39,490 nucleotides of DNA from an uncultured Thermoanaerobaculia bacterium. GTDB lineage: Bacteria; Acidobacteriota; Thermoanaerobaculia; Thermoanaerobaculales; Sulfomarinibacteraceae. The stretch spans positions 1 to 39,490 of the forward strand of contig CAZCEX010000002.1 in NCBI GenBank assembly GCA_964497785.1, in the 5' to 3' direction. Positions 17,452 to 24,732 of the stretch are shown piece by piece. The first letter of the stretch is position 1; each line of letters starts with the position of its first letter. Below the pieces are notes generated by a model. The model was not told the DNA's origin. It saw nothing but the letters and a program-made list of their open reading frames with translations, and searched no databases. The position numbers and the translations under genes are program-made.

Positions 17452-17503
17452 CGGACAGGTAGCATTTTATAAAATATAGTATATTAGATTCCGGGAGGGC
17501 ATC
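17452..17503 (+). promoter_or_regulatory. vapBC promoter/operator: AT-rich island with two adjacent palindromes
   Basis: Candidate -35 cGGACA (17452-17457), 17 nt, -10 TATAGT (17475-17480). Perfect 10-bp palindrome TTTTATAAAA (17465-17474), and the 11-bp palindrome ATATAgTATAT (17474-17484) overlapping the -10. GGGAGGG SD at 17493-17499. Confidence 0.45.
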
Positions 17504-17752
17504 ATGAATGTCACCGTTTACGTGCCAAAGGGCATTGAAAATTTATTGAAGAAGGCCGCCGAACAAGCGCGAGTTTCCCCGGCCCGCTTTGTCCAACGAC
17601 TCATCAAACGTGAGCTGGAAGGTGACGAGCAGTCCTTTTCGGAGGGGTTCATCGCTCTTGCCGGAAGCTGGGAGGATGACCGGTCCGCAGAACACATCAT
17701 CCAAGACATTGACAACAACCGCCTCGATTCTCGGCGGCAGGACCTGGCATGA
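17504..17752 (+). CDS. vapB: Ribbon-helix-helix (CopG/Arc-like) antitoxin, VapB-type (82 aa)
   Basis: The N-terminal beta-strand plus two helices pattern VTVYVPKGIENLLKKAAEQARVSPARFVQRLIKREL is typical of RHH. Acidic C-terminal tail. ATGA overlap with the PIN gene at 17749-17752. Confidence 0.8.
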   Translation: MNVTVYVPKGIENLLKKAAEQARVSPARFVQRLIKRELEGDEQSFSEGFIALAGSWEDDRSAEHIIQDIDNNRLDSRRQDLA

Positions 17753-18150
17753 AGTTCCTGCTCGATACGAATATCTGTATTCACTTCCTGAACGGTACGA
17801 ACTCAGGTCTGACCCAGCGGGTGCTGGCGGCCGGCCCCGCGCTGCTGGCGACGAGTTCCCTGAGTGTCGCCGAACTCCGATTCGGCGCTGCCCGGTCGGT
17901 CAGACCGGCCGAGAATGACGCAAGAATCGACCGTTTCGTGGCGGAACTCAAAACGATACCGTTTGACGATTCTTGTGCTCGCCACTTTGCCCGTCTCAAG
18001 ACAAAACAGGCGGCAGCGGGAAGACCCATTCCGGATTTTGATGTCGCGATCGCTGCCACAGCGTTGGCACAGGACATGATCGTGGTGTCCGCCGACCGCC
18101 ACATGGGTGAGATCCTCGGGGTCGGCGTGGAGGATTGGACTTCGGCGTGA
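17749..18150 (+). CDS. vapC: PIN-domain ribonuclease toxin VapC (133 aa)
   Basis: MKFLLDTNICIHFL (first acidic residue), SVAELRFGA, and DFDVAIAATALAQDMIVVSADRH (third and fourth acidic positions). This is the typical VapC layout and size. Confidence 0.9.
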   Translation: MKFLLDTNICIHFLNGTNSGLTQRVLAAGPALLATSSLSVAELRFGAARSVRPAENDARIDRFVAELKTIPFDDSCARHFARLKTKQAAAGRPIPDFDVAIAATALAQDMIVVSADRHMGEILGVGVEDWTSA

Positions 18151-18233
18151 GGGCTGGTTGGAGAGCGAGGGGTTATTGGGGGATCTCGTGGGGCAGCAAG
18201 GTTATTCGGGGCATCACGCGGCTGAAGTTCCCG

Positions 18234-18517
18234 CAGCAGGCTTCGCCTGCCGCATCGCCTCGCGACGGCCGGCTCTGCTGCCGCTTCTGGGCCTGCGGCC
18301 CAGCTCGTCGCACCGCTTCGCTTTGCTCCTCGGCGCTACGGATTCGCAGCAAACAACGCGATCCTTCTCTGTGCGCGTTCCCCGTGGGAGCCACCCCCGC
18401 GCGTTCATGGCCTGGAGATTCCTCGTAACCGCGAGGCCCTCGTGCCAAGAACGACGGGAATGGCACGCCCGCCAAGACAGGCCTTTCGCGTTCTCCGTTG
18501 CGGCAACGCGGCCAATC
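18234..18517 (+). repeat. Right copy of the structured repeat (inverted partner of 17159-17410)
   Basis: Same six collinear blocks as listed for the left copy. Inter-block spacings agree within 1-2 nt, except for one 22-nt longer linker between blocks 4 and 5. Contains hairpins GCAGGC-ttc-GCCTGC (18236-18250) and CTGGGCC-tgc-GGCCCAG (18287-18303), the latter nested in the stem GCGACGG/TCGTCGC (18262-18268/18305-18311). Confidence 0.65.
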
Positions 18518-18554
18518 AGAGAACCAGTGAAGGCGCTCCCAGCGGGGCGTGCCG

Positions 18555-18617
18555 GGTGCATAATTGTGCCAGTACGACCTCTCGGAGCCCAATAGCCTCG
18601 CGCACAATTATGACACC
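18555..18617. repeat. Long stem-loop related in stem sequence to the 17209-17249 hairpin
   Basis: 11 perfect pairs between CATAATTGTGC (18559-18569) and GCACAATTATG (18602-18612), plus 4 further pairs after a 1-nt bulge. 32-nt loop. The stem core TGCATAATTGTGC resembles TGCATTGTGC in the left repeat copy. Confidence 0.55.
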
Positions 18618-18677
18618 GGGCAACCCTCGGGGAGCACGTTGCGGCTCTGATCTCCAGCCTACGAGGTAGGCCGCCGT

Positions 18678-18772
18678 TCGCATGAGCAGCGTGGTCGCAG
18701 ACGATCCAACCTTCTGCGCGCGACCGCACTGCTCATGCGACGCTGGGATGCCTCCATCTGGAGGCATCCCAG
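18678..18772. repeat. Two tandem long palindromic stem-loops
   Basis: Hairpin 1: 18678-18698 pairs with 18720-18740 (21 positions: 19 Watson-Crick, 1 G-T, 1 mismatch; 21-nt loop). Hairpin 2: CTGGGATGCCTCCA (18743-18756) and TGGAGGCATCCCAG (18759-18772) form a perfect 14-bp palindrome. No T-tract follows on either strand. Confidence 0.6.
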
Positions 18773-18879
18773 AAGGCCGTGGCTGCGGAGAACGCCGGCC
18801 GAGATGAACGACCCGACCGAGGCGGACATGTTGCCCGTTCCGGTGCGACAACAAGGCCAGGGCTCAAAACTACGCCATA

Positions 18880-20121
18880 ATGCCCCTCATGAAGTGGTGG
18901 TCTCTCCTCGGTTTGTTGCTCGTCGGTTCCGTCCTGCCATGCCCCGCCCAAAACGTCGGCCTGGGTTACGACGTCGATGCCCCATCCCGCCTCGCCGACC
19001 CCACCCCTGGCGATCCAGCGCCATCCGACGCGATCACCCTGCGCATCACGGCCATAGGAGACGTCAACTTCAACCGCAGCAGCCAGGAGGTGCTCGCCGA
19101 GGGCATGAATCTGTGGGACGAGATGTTCGCCTTCGACGTCCTGACGCGGGGCCTCGACGGGGTCATCGACGGCGACGTCAACTTTGCGAATGTCGAGACC
19201 GTGCTCACCAACCGCAATGACTTCGAGCCCCCGAACCCCGACAAGTCCTACACCTTCCGCAGTCACCCCAATGGCCTCGTGGAGCTCATCAAAATCGGCT
19301 TCAACCTTTTCAGCCTGTCCAACAACCACGCCTACGACTACGGGCCTGTTGGCATTGACGAAACCCTAAAATGTATTGCCGAGCTGGCCCAATCCGAACC
19401 CATCGCATGGGCCGGAATCGGTCACGACTTCGACGAAGCCGCTGCACCGGCCATCTTCGAGGCCAAAGGCGTGCGCGTCGGACTGTCGGCCATCGGCATC
19501 GGCGGCGCCGATGAGGCCCGAGCCGGCCCGGATATTCCGGGCGTCGCGCACCTGTCAAAATACAAGACAGCCCTGGCACGTCTTCGCGACGCCGACGTCG
19601 ACATCCGGATTCTGTCGATCCACGATGGGCTTTCCGGCATCCTCTACCCAATCGACCGCCAGATCATCATCGGTCGAGAGGCCGTAGGGGAATATGGCGT
19701 CGACGTCGTCTTCGGTCATCACACCCATACCGTTCAGGGCATCGAACTGTACGGCGATGGCGTGATCTTCTACGGTCTCGGCAACGGCATCATGCGAGGT
19801 GCTGCCAACATGAGCGACCGAATGGTCGACGAAGACCTGCATGCCGATTTCGGTCTGCTCGCCCGCCTCGATTACGTCATGGATCCGCCGTCGCGAAAGA
19901 TCTCCCTGAAGCGAGTCGAAGCCGTGCCGCTGACCGACATGCACCAGCAGACGCGGCCCATGTCCCCTGGTGACGCCGCGGCAAGAATCGAGACCCTCAA
20001 CCGGATCTCTGAATATCCCTATCTTGAAACGGACTGGAACGACACCTGCCCGGTTGCCGACCGGACGACGCCACTGGTTTTCCGCACGGAATCTAATGCC
20101 GGCGTCTACGTGCCTGAGTAG
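18880..20121 (+). CDS. CapA-family metallophosphatase-like protein (poly-gamma-glutamate CapA/PgsA-type domain; 413 aa)
   Basis: FANVETVLTNR...YTFRSHPNGLVELIKIGFNLFSLSNNHAYDYG and SIHDG...VVFGHHTHTVQGIE are the CapA/metallophosphatase-type motifs. N-terminal signal sequence MKWWSLLGLLLVGSVLPCPAQN. Start could be 18880 or 18889. Confidence 0.8.
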   Translation: MPLMKWWSLLGLLLVGSVLPCPAQNVGLGYDVDAPSRLADPTPGDPAPSDAITLRITAIGDVNFNRSSQEVLAEGMNLWDEMFAFDVLTRGLDGVIDGDVNFANVETVLTNRNDFEPPNPDKSYTFRSHPNGLVELIKIGFNLFSLSNNHAYDYGPVGIDETLKCIAELAQSEPIAWAGIGHDFDEAAAPAIFEAKGVRVGLSAIGIGGADEARAGPDIPGVAHLSKYKTALARLRDADVDIRILSIHDGLSGILYPIDRQIIIGREAVGEYGVDVVFGHHTHTVQGIELYGDGVIFYGLGNGIMRGAANMSDRMVDEDLHADFGLLARLDYVMDPPSRKISLKRVEAVPLTDMHQQTRPMSPGDAAARIETLNRISEYPYLETDWNDTCPVADRTTPLVFRTESNAGVYVPE

Positions 20122-20124
20122 GGT

Positions 20125-21138
20125 GTGTCATTGACTCCCTCCTACGTCGCCCTCCTCGAAAGCGGCGAGTTCGAAGACCGCGTTCGACACCTGGAATCGA
20201 TGCTCGCGGACTGCACCGTCTGCCCGCACGAGTGTCGGGTCGACCGCCGCAGCGCGGTCGGAATCTGTGCTACCGGATCAAACCCGGTGGTCGCTTCGTG
20301 CACTTCACATTTCGGCGAGGAGCCGGTGATTTCTGGCCATCACGGGTCGGGCACGGTCTTTTTCGCCAACTGCAATCTGCGCTGCGTTTTTTGTCAGAAT
20401 CATGAGATCTCCCAGCGTCCGCATCACTACCACGATACGGCCATCACCACCGACGAGCTCGCCGACGTTTTCCTCGATCTCCAGCGTCAGGGGTGCCACA
20501 ACATCAACTGGGTATCGCCGAGTCACCAGGTTCCGCAGCTCGTTCGTTCCCTGCACCGTGCTGCGTGCCGAGGCTTGCGCTTGCCGGTTGTCTACAACTC
20601 CAACGGCTTCGACGCGGTGGAGGTCCTGCGCCTGCTCGAGGGCGTCGTCGACATCTACATGCCAGATCTCAAGTACGCGGACTCCGACTCCGGGCTCACC
20701 TGCTCGCGAGTAGCGGATTATCCGCAGCATGCCCGGAGCGCGCTCGAAGAGATGTTCCGCCAGGTTGGCGACACCTGGACGAAGGCGCCTGATGGGACTC
20801 TGGTGCGTGGTCTTCTGATTCGCATCCTGGTATTGCCGAACGACCTCGCAGATGTTGCCGACACCCTGCGGTGGGTGGCCGAGACGCTTTCGCCAAAAAT
20901 CGGTATCTCACTGATGGCTCAGTACTACCCCAGTCATCGTGCCACCAACGTGGCACGTCACCCTCTCCTGGCACGCTCGATATCCGCCGGTGAGTGGGAC
21001 CGCGCCCTGGCCGCCCTGGAATTTCATATGGATGGCGACCATCACTGGGTCCAGGACTATCGTCACGCACCGCAATACTACCGGCCCGATTTTTCAGATC
21101 CGGCCGAGCCCTTCGCCGATCGAAAAGATTTCGACTGA
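20125..21138 (+). CDS. Radical SAM protein, PflX-like (pyruvate formate-lyase activase-related; 337 aa)
   Basis: CxxxCxxC cluster motif in FFANCNLRCVFCQNHEISQ, and an N-terminal Cys cluster CTVCPHEC. GTG start 3 nt after the CapA stop. Confidence 0.8.
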   Translation: MSLTPSYVALLESGEFEDRVRHLESMLADCTVCPHECRVDRRSAVGICATGSNPVVASCTSHFGEEPVISGHHGSGTVFFANCNLRCVFCQNHEISQRPHHYHDTAITTDELADVFLDLQRQGCHNINWVSPSHQVPQLVRSLHRAACRGLRLPVVYNSNGFDAVEVLRLLEGVVDIYMPDLKYADSDSGLTCSRVADYPQHARSALEEMFRQVGDTWTKAPDGTLVRGLLIRILVLPNDLADVADTLRWVAETLSPKIGISLMAQYYPSHRATNVARHPLLARSISAGEWDRALAALEFHMDGDHHWVQDYRHAPQYYRPDFSDPAEPFADRKDFD

Positions 21139-21154
21139 GTGTGACCTACACCCC

Positions 21155-21221
21155 TTGACAGGTTGAAATGGCCCATCCATCATTGAGTGGTCAGTAGTGG
21201 TCTAATAGGGTCCGTCGTGGT
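21155..21221 (+). promoter_or_regulatory. dcw promoter region with phased GTGGT repeats (candidate MraZ operator)
   Basis: TTGACA at 21155-21160, with only a weak -10 (CATCAT, 21178-21183). GTGGT at 21187, 21197 and 21217, and a degenerate aGGGT at 21207, give an exact 10-bp phasing upstream of mraZ. Confidence 0.4.
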
Positions 21222-21266
21222 TTTACCGATCAGCCAGAGAATCACGGCGGCCGGCCTGGGGGAACA

Positions 21267-21710
21267 ATGGGACGCTTTCGTGGGGGATTCCCCGCAACTG
21301 TCGATGTCAAGGGACGAGTCAAGCTCCCTGCACGGCTGCGTGAGCAGATGGAGGAGAGCTTCGGTCGCGAGGTCTACGTCTGCTCCTTCTTCCCCCATGA
21401 GCTCCGCATCTATCCCCTGCCGGTCTGGGAGACGATCGAAGAACGCCTGCTCGGCAAGCCGGCGATGAAACCTGCAGTGCTCAAGCTGATCGAAAGAGTC
21501 AATTACGGCCAACTCCTGGAAATGGACGATCACGGCCGGATCGTCATCCCGGCCCTGCTCCGAGAAATGGTTGACGTCGAAGGCGATGTGGTCGTTTCGG
21601 GGCGAATCAACCATCTGGCAATCAACCGCCGTGAGCGTGCTGCCGCGATGCTGCAAGACCACGGCCTGAGTGACGACGAACTCGAAGAGCTGGCTCAGCT
21701 GGACCTGTGA
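21267..21710 (+). CDS. mraZ: Transcriptional regulator MraZ (147 aa)
   Basis: Two SpoVT/AbrB-type halves: VDVKGRVKLPARLRE and MDDHGRIVIPALLRE. First gene of the dcw cluster. Confidence 0.95.
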   Translation: MGRFRGGFPATVDVKGRVKLPARLREQMEESFGREVYVCSFFPHELRIYPLPVWETIEERLLGKPAMKPAVLKLIERVNYGQLLEMDDHGRIVIPALLREMVDVEGDVVVSGRINHLAINRRERAAAMLQDHGLSDDELEELAQLDL

Positions 21711-21716
21711 TGGAGG

Positions 21717-22664
21717 ATGTTGGTGCCCGATCTGCACCTACCCGTCCTCCGCAGGGAGGTTCTGGCGCAATTGTCGCCGGTCTTCCCGGGCCTGATCGTT
21801 GACGCCACCATCGGACTTGGCGGTCACGCGCAGGCGCTGCTTCAGCACTGCCCCGATTGCCGACTCCTTGGAATCGATCGAGATCCGGACGCCCTTCTTC
21901 TGGCGCGCCGCCGGCTCGAACCGTTTGCCGATCGCATCGACCTCGTGCAAAGTCCGTTCGCCGAGATCAGCGAGGCGCTCGCCGCAACCCGGTCCCCCAG
22001 GCCGGTGGCGATCCTCGCGGACATCGGTTGCTCGTCTTTGCAGCTGGACACCCCGGGACGAGGTTTCTCCTTCGCGGTCGACGGACCCCTGGATATGCGA
22101 ATGGGGGGCGAAGGGCCGACTGCGGCCGATCTCGTCAACGACGCAGCACCGGAGGAGTTGATGCGGGTGCTGCGCGATTTTGGTGAAGAGCGGAAGGCGC
22201 GAGCGATCGTACGCGCTCTCGTACGACGCCGTGAGGCAACACCCCTGAAGACCACCGCCGAGCTCAGTCGTCTGGTTGTCGGTGTCGTCGGCCGCGGCCC
22301 CGGAATCCATCCGGCGACCCGCACCTTTCAGGCGCTGCGCATCGCCGTCAACGATGAGCTGGGGCAGCTGGACCGCTTTCTCGAGCCGGCCGTTCAGGCC
22401 TTGGCGCCAGGCGGTCGGCTTGCGGTGATTTCGTTCCACTCGCTGGAGGATCGCATCGTAAAGCATACGATGCGCAGACTCGAAGGCCGCGCGCCCGAAC
22501 TCCCGGGTCCGCCGGGCCCGCCGGGTCCTCAGCGCCGAGACAAGGCTGTGATCCGGGTCTTGACCCGCCGCCCCATCCGGCCCTCCAATCAGGAGGTTGC
22601 CGAGAACCCACGTTCGCGTTCGGCGCGTTTGCGGGTCGTGGAACGTCTGGAGGCGCCAGCGTGA
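21717..22664 (+). CDS. rsmH: 16S rRNA (cytosine1402-N4)-methyltransferase RsmH/MraW (315 aa)
   Basis: HLPVLRREVL, DATIGLGGHAQALL, GIDRDPDAL, LADIGCSSLQLD, GFSF..DGPLDMRM and SFHSLEDRIVK motifs. The start could be the ATG at 21717 or the in-frame TTG/GTG 3-6 nt downstream. Confidence 0.95.
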   Translation: MLVPDLHLPVLRREVLAQLSPVFPGLIVDATIGLGGHAQALLQHCPDCRLLGIDRDPDALLLARRRLEPFADRIDLVQSPFAEISEALAATRSPRPVAILADIGCSSLQLDTPGRGFSFAVDGPLDMRMGGEGPTAADLVNDAAPEELMRVLRDFGEERKARAIVRALVRRREATPLKTTAELSRLVVGVVGRGPGIHPATRTFQALRIAVNDELGQLDRFLEPAVQALAPGGRLAVISFHSLEDRIVKHTMRRLEGRAPELPGPPGPPGPQRRDKAVIRVLTRRPIRPSNQEVAENPRSRSARLRVVERLEAPA

Positions 22665-22999
22665 CCGGGCGCCCGATCCCGCTGCCGACCAACCGGCACA
22701 TCAAGGCTCAGCCGGATCGACGCTGGCCGGTCGCCTTCGCACTGTTGGCCACGGCCTCTCTGCTCCTCGTCGCCGCCCTGGCGCTCGTCGGCTGGCCCCG
22801 TCTCCAAGGTATCTCGCTCCACTACGAGCTCGTCCGGGTGCGGGCCGAGGTCGAGAACTTGCGCTACCGCGAACGGCAGCTTGAAGTCGAGGTCGAACGA
22901 TTGCGCGCACCCGGCCATCTTGCGGATCGGGCCACCGAGCTCGGGCTTGCGCCGCCCCTGTCATCGGTTGTCACGACTGCGTCGGAGGCGTCGCCATGA
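22661..22999 (+). CDS. ftsL: Cell division protein FtsL-like (single TM plus coiled coil; 112 aa)
   Basis: GTGA overlap with rsmH. One TM helix (VAFALLATASLLLVAALALVGW), then a heptad-like segment VRVRAEVENLRYRERQLEVEVERL. Canonical position between rsmH and ftsI. Confidence 0.7.
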   Translation: MTGRPIPLPTNRHIKAQPDRRWPVAFALLATASLLLVAALALVGWPRLQGISLHYELVRVRAEVENLRYRERQLEVEVERLRAPGHLADRATELGLAPPLSSVVTTASEASP

Positions 23000-24732
23000 G
23001 CACCAAAAGGTTGGGTGCTGTCGCGGTTCTGATGGCGGTGGTCGGCATCGCCGTAGTGGCACGCTCTGCGCAGGTATCGGTGTTCGAGCACGATTTTTGG
23101 GTCGCGAGGGCCCTGGTCCAGCAAGAAGAAGTGATCGAGATTGCGGGGCCGCGGGGCACGATCCGATCCGGGGATGGTTATCTCCTCGCCGCGTCCATCA
23201 GGTGTTGGGCGGCGCAGGTAGACACCTGGCACCTCGAGTATCCGAGTCTCTTCGCGGCGGCCGCCGCGCCGATTTTGGGTGAGGGGGTCGAAACCGTCAA
23301 ACAACGTCTGGCCGGAGGCGCCCGTTACCTGTGGTTGGCAAAGAGTCTCGACCTGGAGACGGCAAAGGAGCTGCAAACTCTCGAGCGTGACGCCATCGGT
23401 CTCGTACCGCACTGGGACAGGCAGTATCCTCTGGGCCCAACGGCAGCACCGGTGGTCGGCTTCGTCGGCCGAGAAGAGCTCCTCCTCGAGGGCCGGTCTG
23501 GTCTCGAGAGCTACTACGAAACTTTGCTGGTTGGCGAGCCCGATCGGTGCGTATTCGTGGAGGATGCGCACGGCCGCCAGTTGCGCCTCGAGAGGATTCA
23601 ATCCGGTCGCCAGGGTTATGACCTCGAGCTGACGATCCACGCCCGTGTGCAACACGCGGCGGAGTCCGAACTCGCCGCTGCCATCGCCGCTGTCGGCGCC
23701 GACGCCGGCTCGGTGGTCGTGCTCGAAGCCGACACGGGAAATCTGCTCGCGCTGGCGTCGTATCCGTTTTCGGATCGGCCTACCGCCAACGTTCCCTACG
23801 ACCGCACGTGCTGGTTCCTGCGGCCAGTCCAGGCCGCAATCGAACCGGGTTCAACGATCAAACCGTTCGTGGCTGCGGCCGGGCTCGCCGCTGGAGTAGT
23901 CAACCAAAATGAGCTGTTCGACTGTCGGGCTCGCGGCATTCGGGTGGCCGGCCGCTGGATCAGAGATCATGCCGATCCCGACTACTACACCATCGACGGC
24001 ATCATCGCCCACTCCTCGAATACCGGCGTCGTCGAGCTCGCCTACAGGCTCGACGAAGACCTCCTCTGGCGGACCTATGACGGGCTCGGGTTCGGGCGCA
24101 GAGCAGAACTCGGCTTTCCAGGCGAAAGCGCCGGTCTCCTGTGGCCGGTTTCGAGGTGGACAAAAATGAGCCGCGCCGGCCTCGCCCTCGGGCAGGAGAT
24201 AACGGTGACCCCGCTCCAGCTGGCCCTCGCCTACGCGGTCTTCGCCAATGGCGGTTGGCTCCCCGAACCACGCCTGGTCGATCGGCTTGGCGGCGGGGAC
24301 GCCGCGCCGAGCGATCGCGTGCGCCATCGAACCCGAGTCATGGATGAGCGGCTCACGCGCAGGATGACCGAAATGCTCGAGGCCGTTGTGACCGAAGGGA
24401 CCGGGCTCGAGGCTGCAATTTCGGGATACCGCGTCGCAGGCAAGACGGGAACGGCTCAGAACTCGGTCGACGGAGCTTTCGACGACAAGCACCACACGGC
24501 GTGGTTCGCGGGGTACCTCCCCCTGCCCGACCCGCGGTGGGTCATTGTCGTGGCCATAGAAAACCCCAGGACGACCTTCTGGGCTTCATCGACTGCAGCG
24601 CCACTCTTCGCACGCGTCGCCGAATCCGTTGTCCGGCTCGAGGCTGTGGCGCCAACGACGCCGGATGTGACACACGTCAGCGCAGAGAAAGTCCAGGAAA
24701 GGCCGGGAGTGCAGGATGCGCATGAGGGTTAG
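22996..24732 (+). CDS. ftsI: Penicillin-binding protein, class B transpeptidase FtsI/PBP3 (578 aa)
   Basis: ATGA overlap with ftsL. N-terminal TM anchor. SxxK (GSTIKPF), SxN (HSSNTG) and KTG (AGKTGTA) motifs. Confidence 0.9.
   Translation: MSTKRLGAVAVLMAVVGIAVVARSAQVSVFEHDFWVARALVQQEEVIEIAGPRGTIRSGDGYLLAASIRCWAAQVDTWHLEYPSLFAAAAAPILGEGVETVKQRLAGGARYLWLAKSLDLETAKELQTLERDAIGLVPHWDRQYPLGPTAAPVVGFVGREELLLEGRSGLESYYETLLVGEPDRCVFVEDAHGRQLRLERIQSGRQGYDLELTIHARVQHAAESELAAAIAAVGADAGSVVVLEADTGNLLALASYPFSDRPTANVPYDRTCWFLRPVQAAIEPGSTIKPFVAAAGLAAGVVNQNELFDCRARGIRVAGRWIRDHADPDYYTIDGIIAHSSNTGVVELAYRLDEDLLWRTYDGLGFGRRAELGFPGESAGLLWPVSRWTKMSRAGLALGQEITVTPLQLALAYAVFANGGWLPEPRLVDRLGGGDAAPSDRVRHRTRVMDERLTRRMTEMLEAVVTEGTGLEAAISGYRVAGKTGTAQNSVDGAFDDKHHTAWFAGYLPLPDPRWVIVVAIENPRTTFWASSTAAPLFARVAESVVRLEAVAPTTPDVTHVSAEKVQERPGVQDAHEG

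Noticed and set aside
16542-17465. 307-aa minus-strand ORF running from the vapB upstream region into the tri 3' end
   Set aside because: It reads through the tri terminator hairpin and the left repeat copy and is antisense to conserved tricorn sequence. The two repeat copies do not keep a common reading frame because indels shift the frame, so the repeats are not coding.
17159-18517. Interpreting the inverted repeats as the ends of an autonomous IS or composite transposon
   Set aside because: No transposase, integrase or recombinase ORF lies between or next to the repeats. The only cargo is vapBC. I saw no obvious short target-site duplication outside the outer ends. It is kept only as a non-autonomous or MITE-like possibility in the findings.
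17201-18729. Small or medium ORFs inside the repeat and hairpin regions (17201..17413 +, 18107..18595 +, 18135..18428 +, 18173..18607 -, 18214..18729 -, 18442..18669 +)
   Set aside because: None has an SD or a plausible start context. Similarity between the repeat copies is at nucleotide level with frame-breaking indels. The translations are Arg/Ala/Pro/Ser-rich. I cannot exclude a decayed pseudogene without a database search.
17141-18879. Integron gene-cassette (attC) interpretation of the vapBC islet
   Set aside because: attC sites flank cassettes as direct, same-orientation elements, and an intI gene or further cassettes would be expected nearby. Here the two elements are inverted relative to each other, and the neighbours are housekeeping genes.
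18880-21138. CapA-family plus radical-SAM gene pair (3-nt gap) as a novel biosynthetic module
   Set aside because: There are only two genes, and no capB/capC or other pathway partners are in the window. Both families are large and functionally heterogeneous. There is no sequence-level anomaly beyond adjacency, so I list them only as features.
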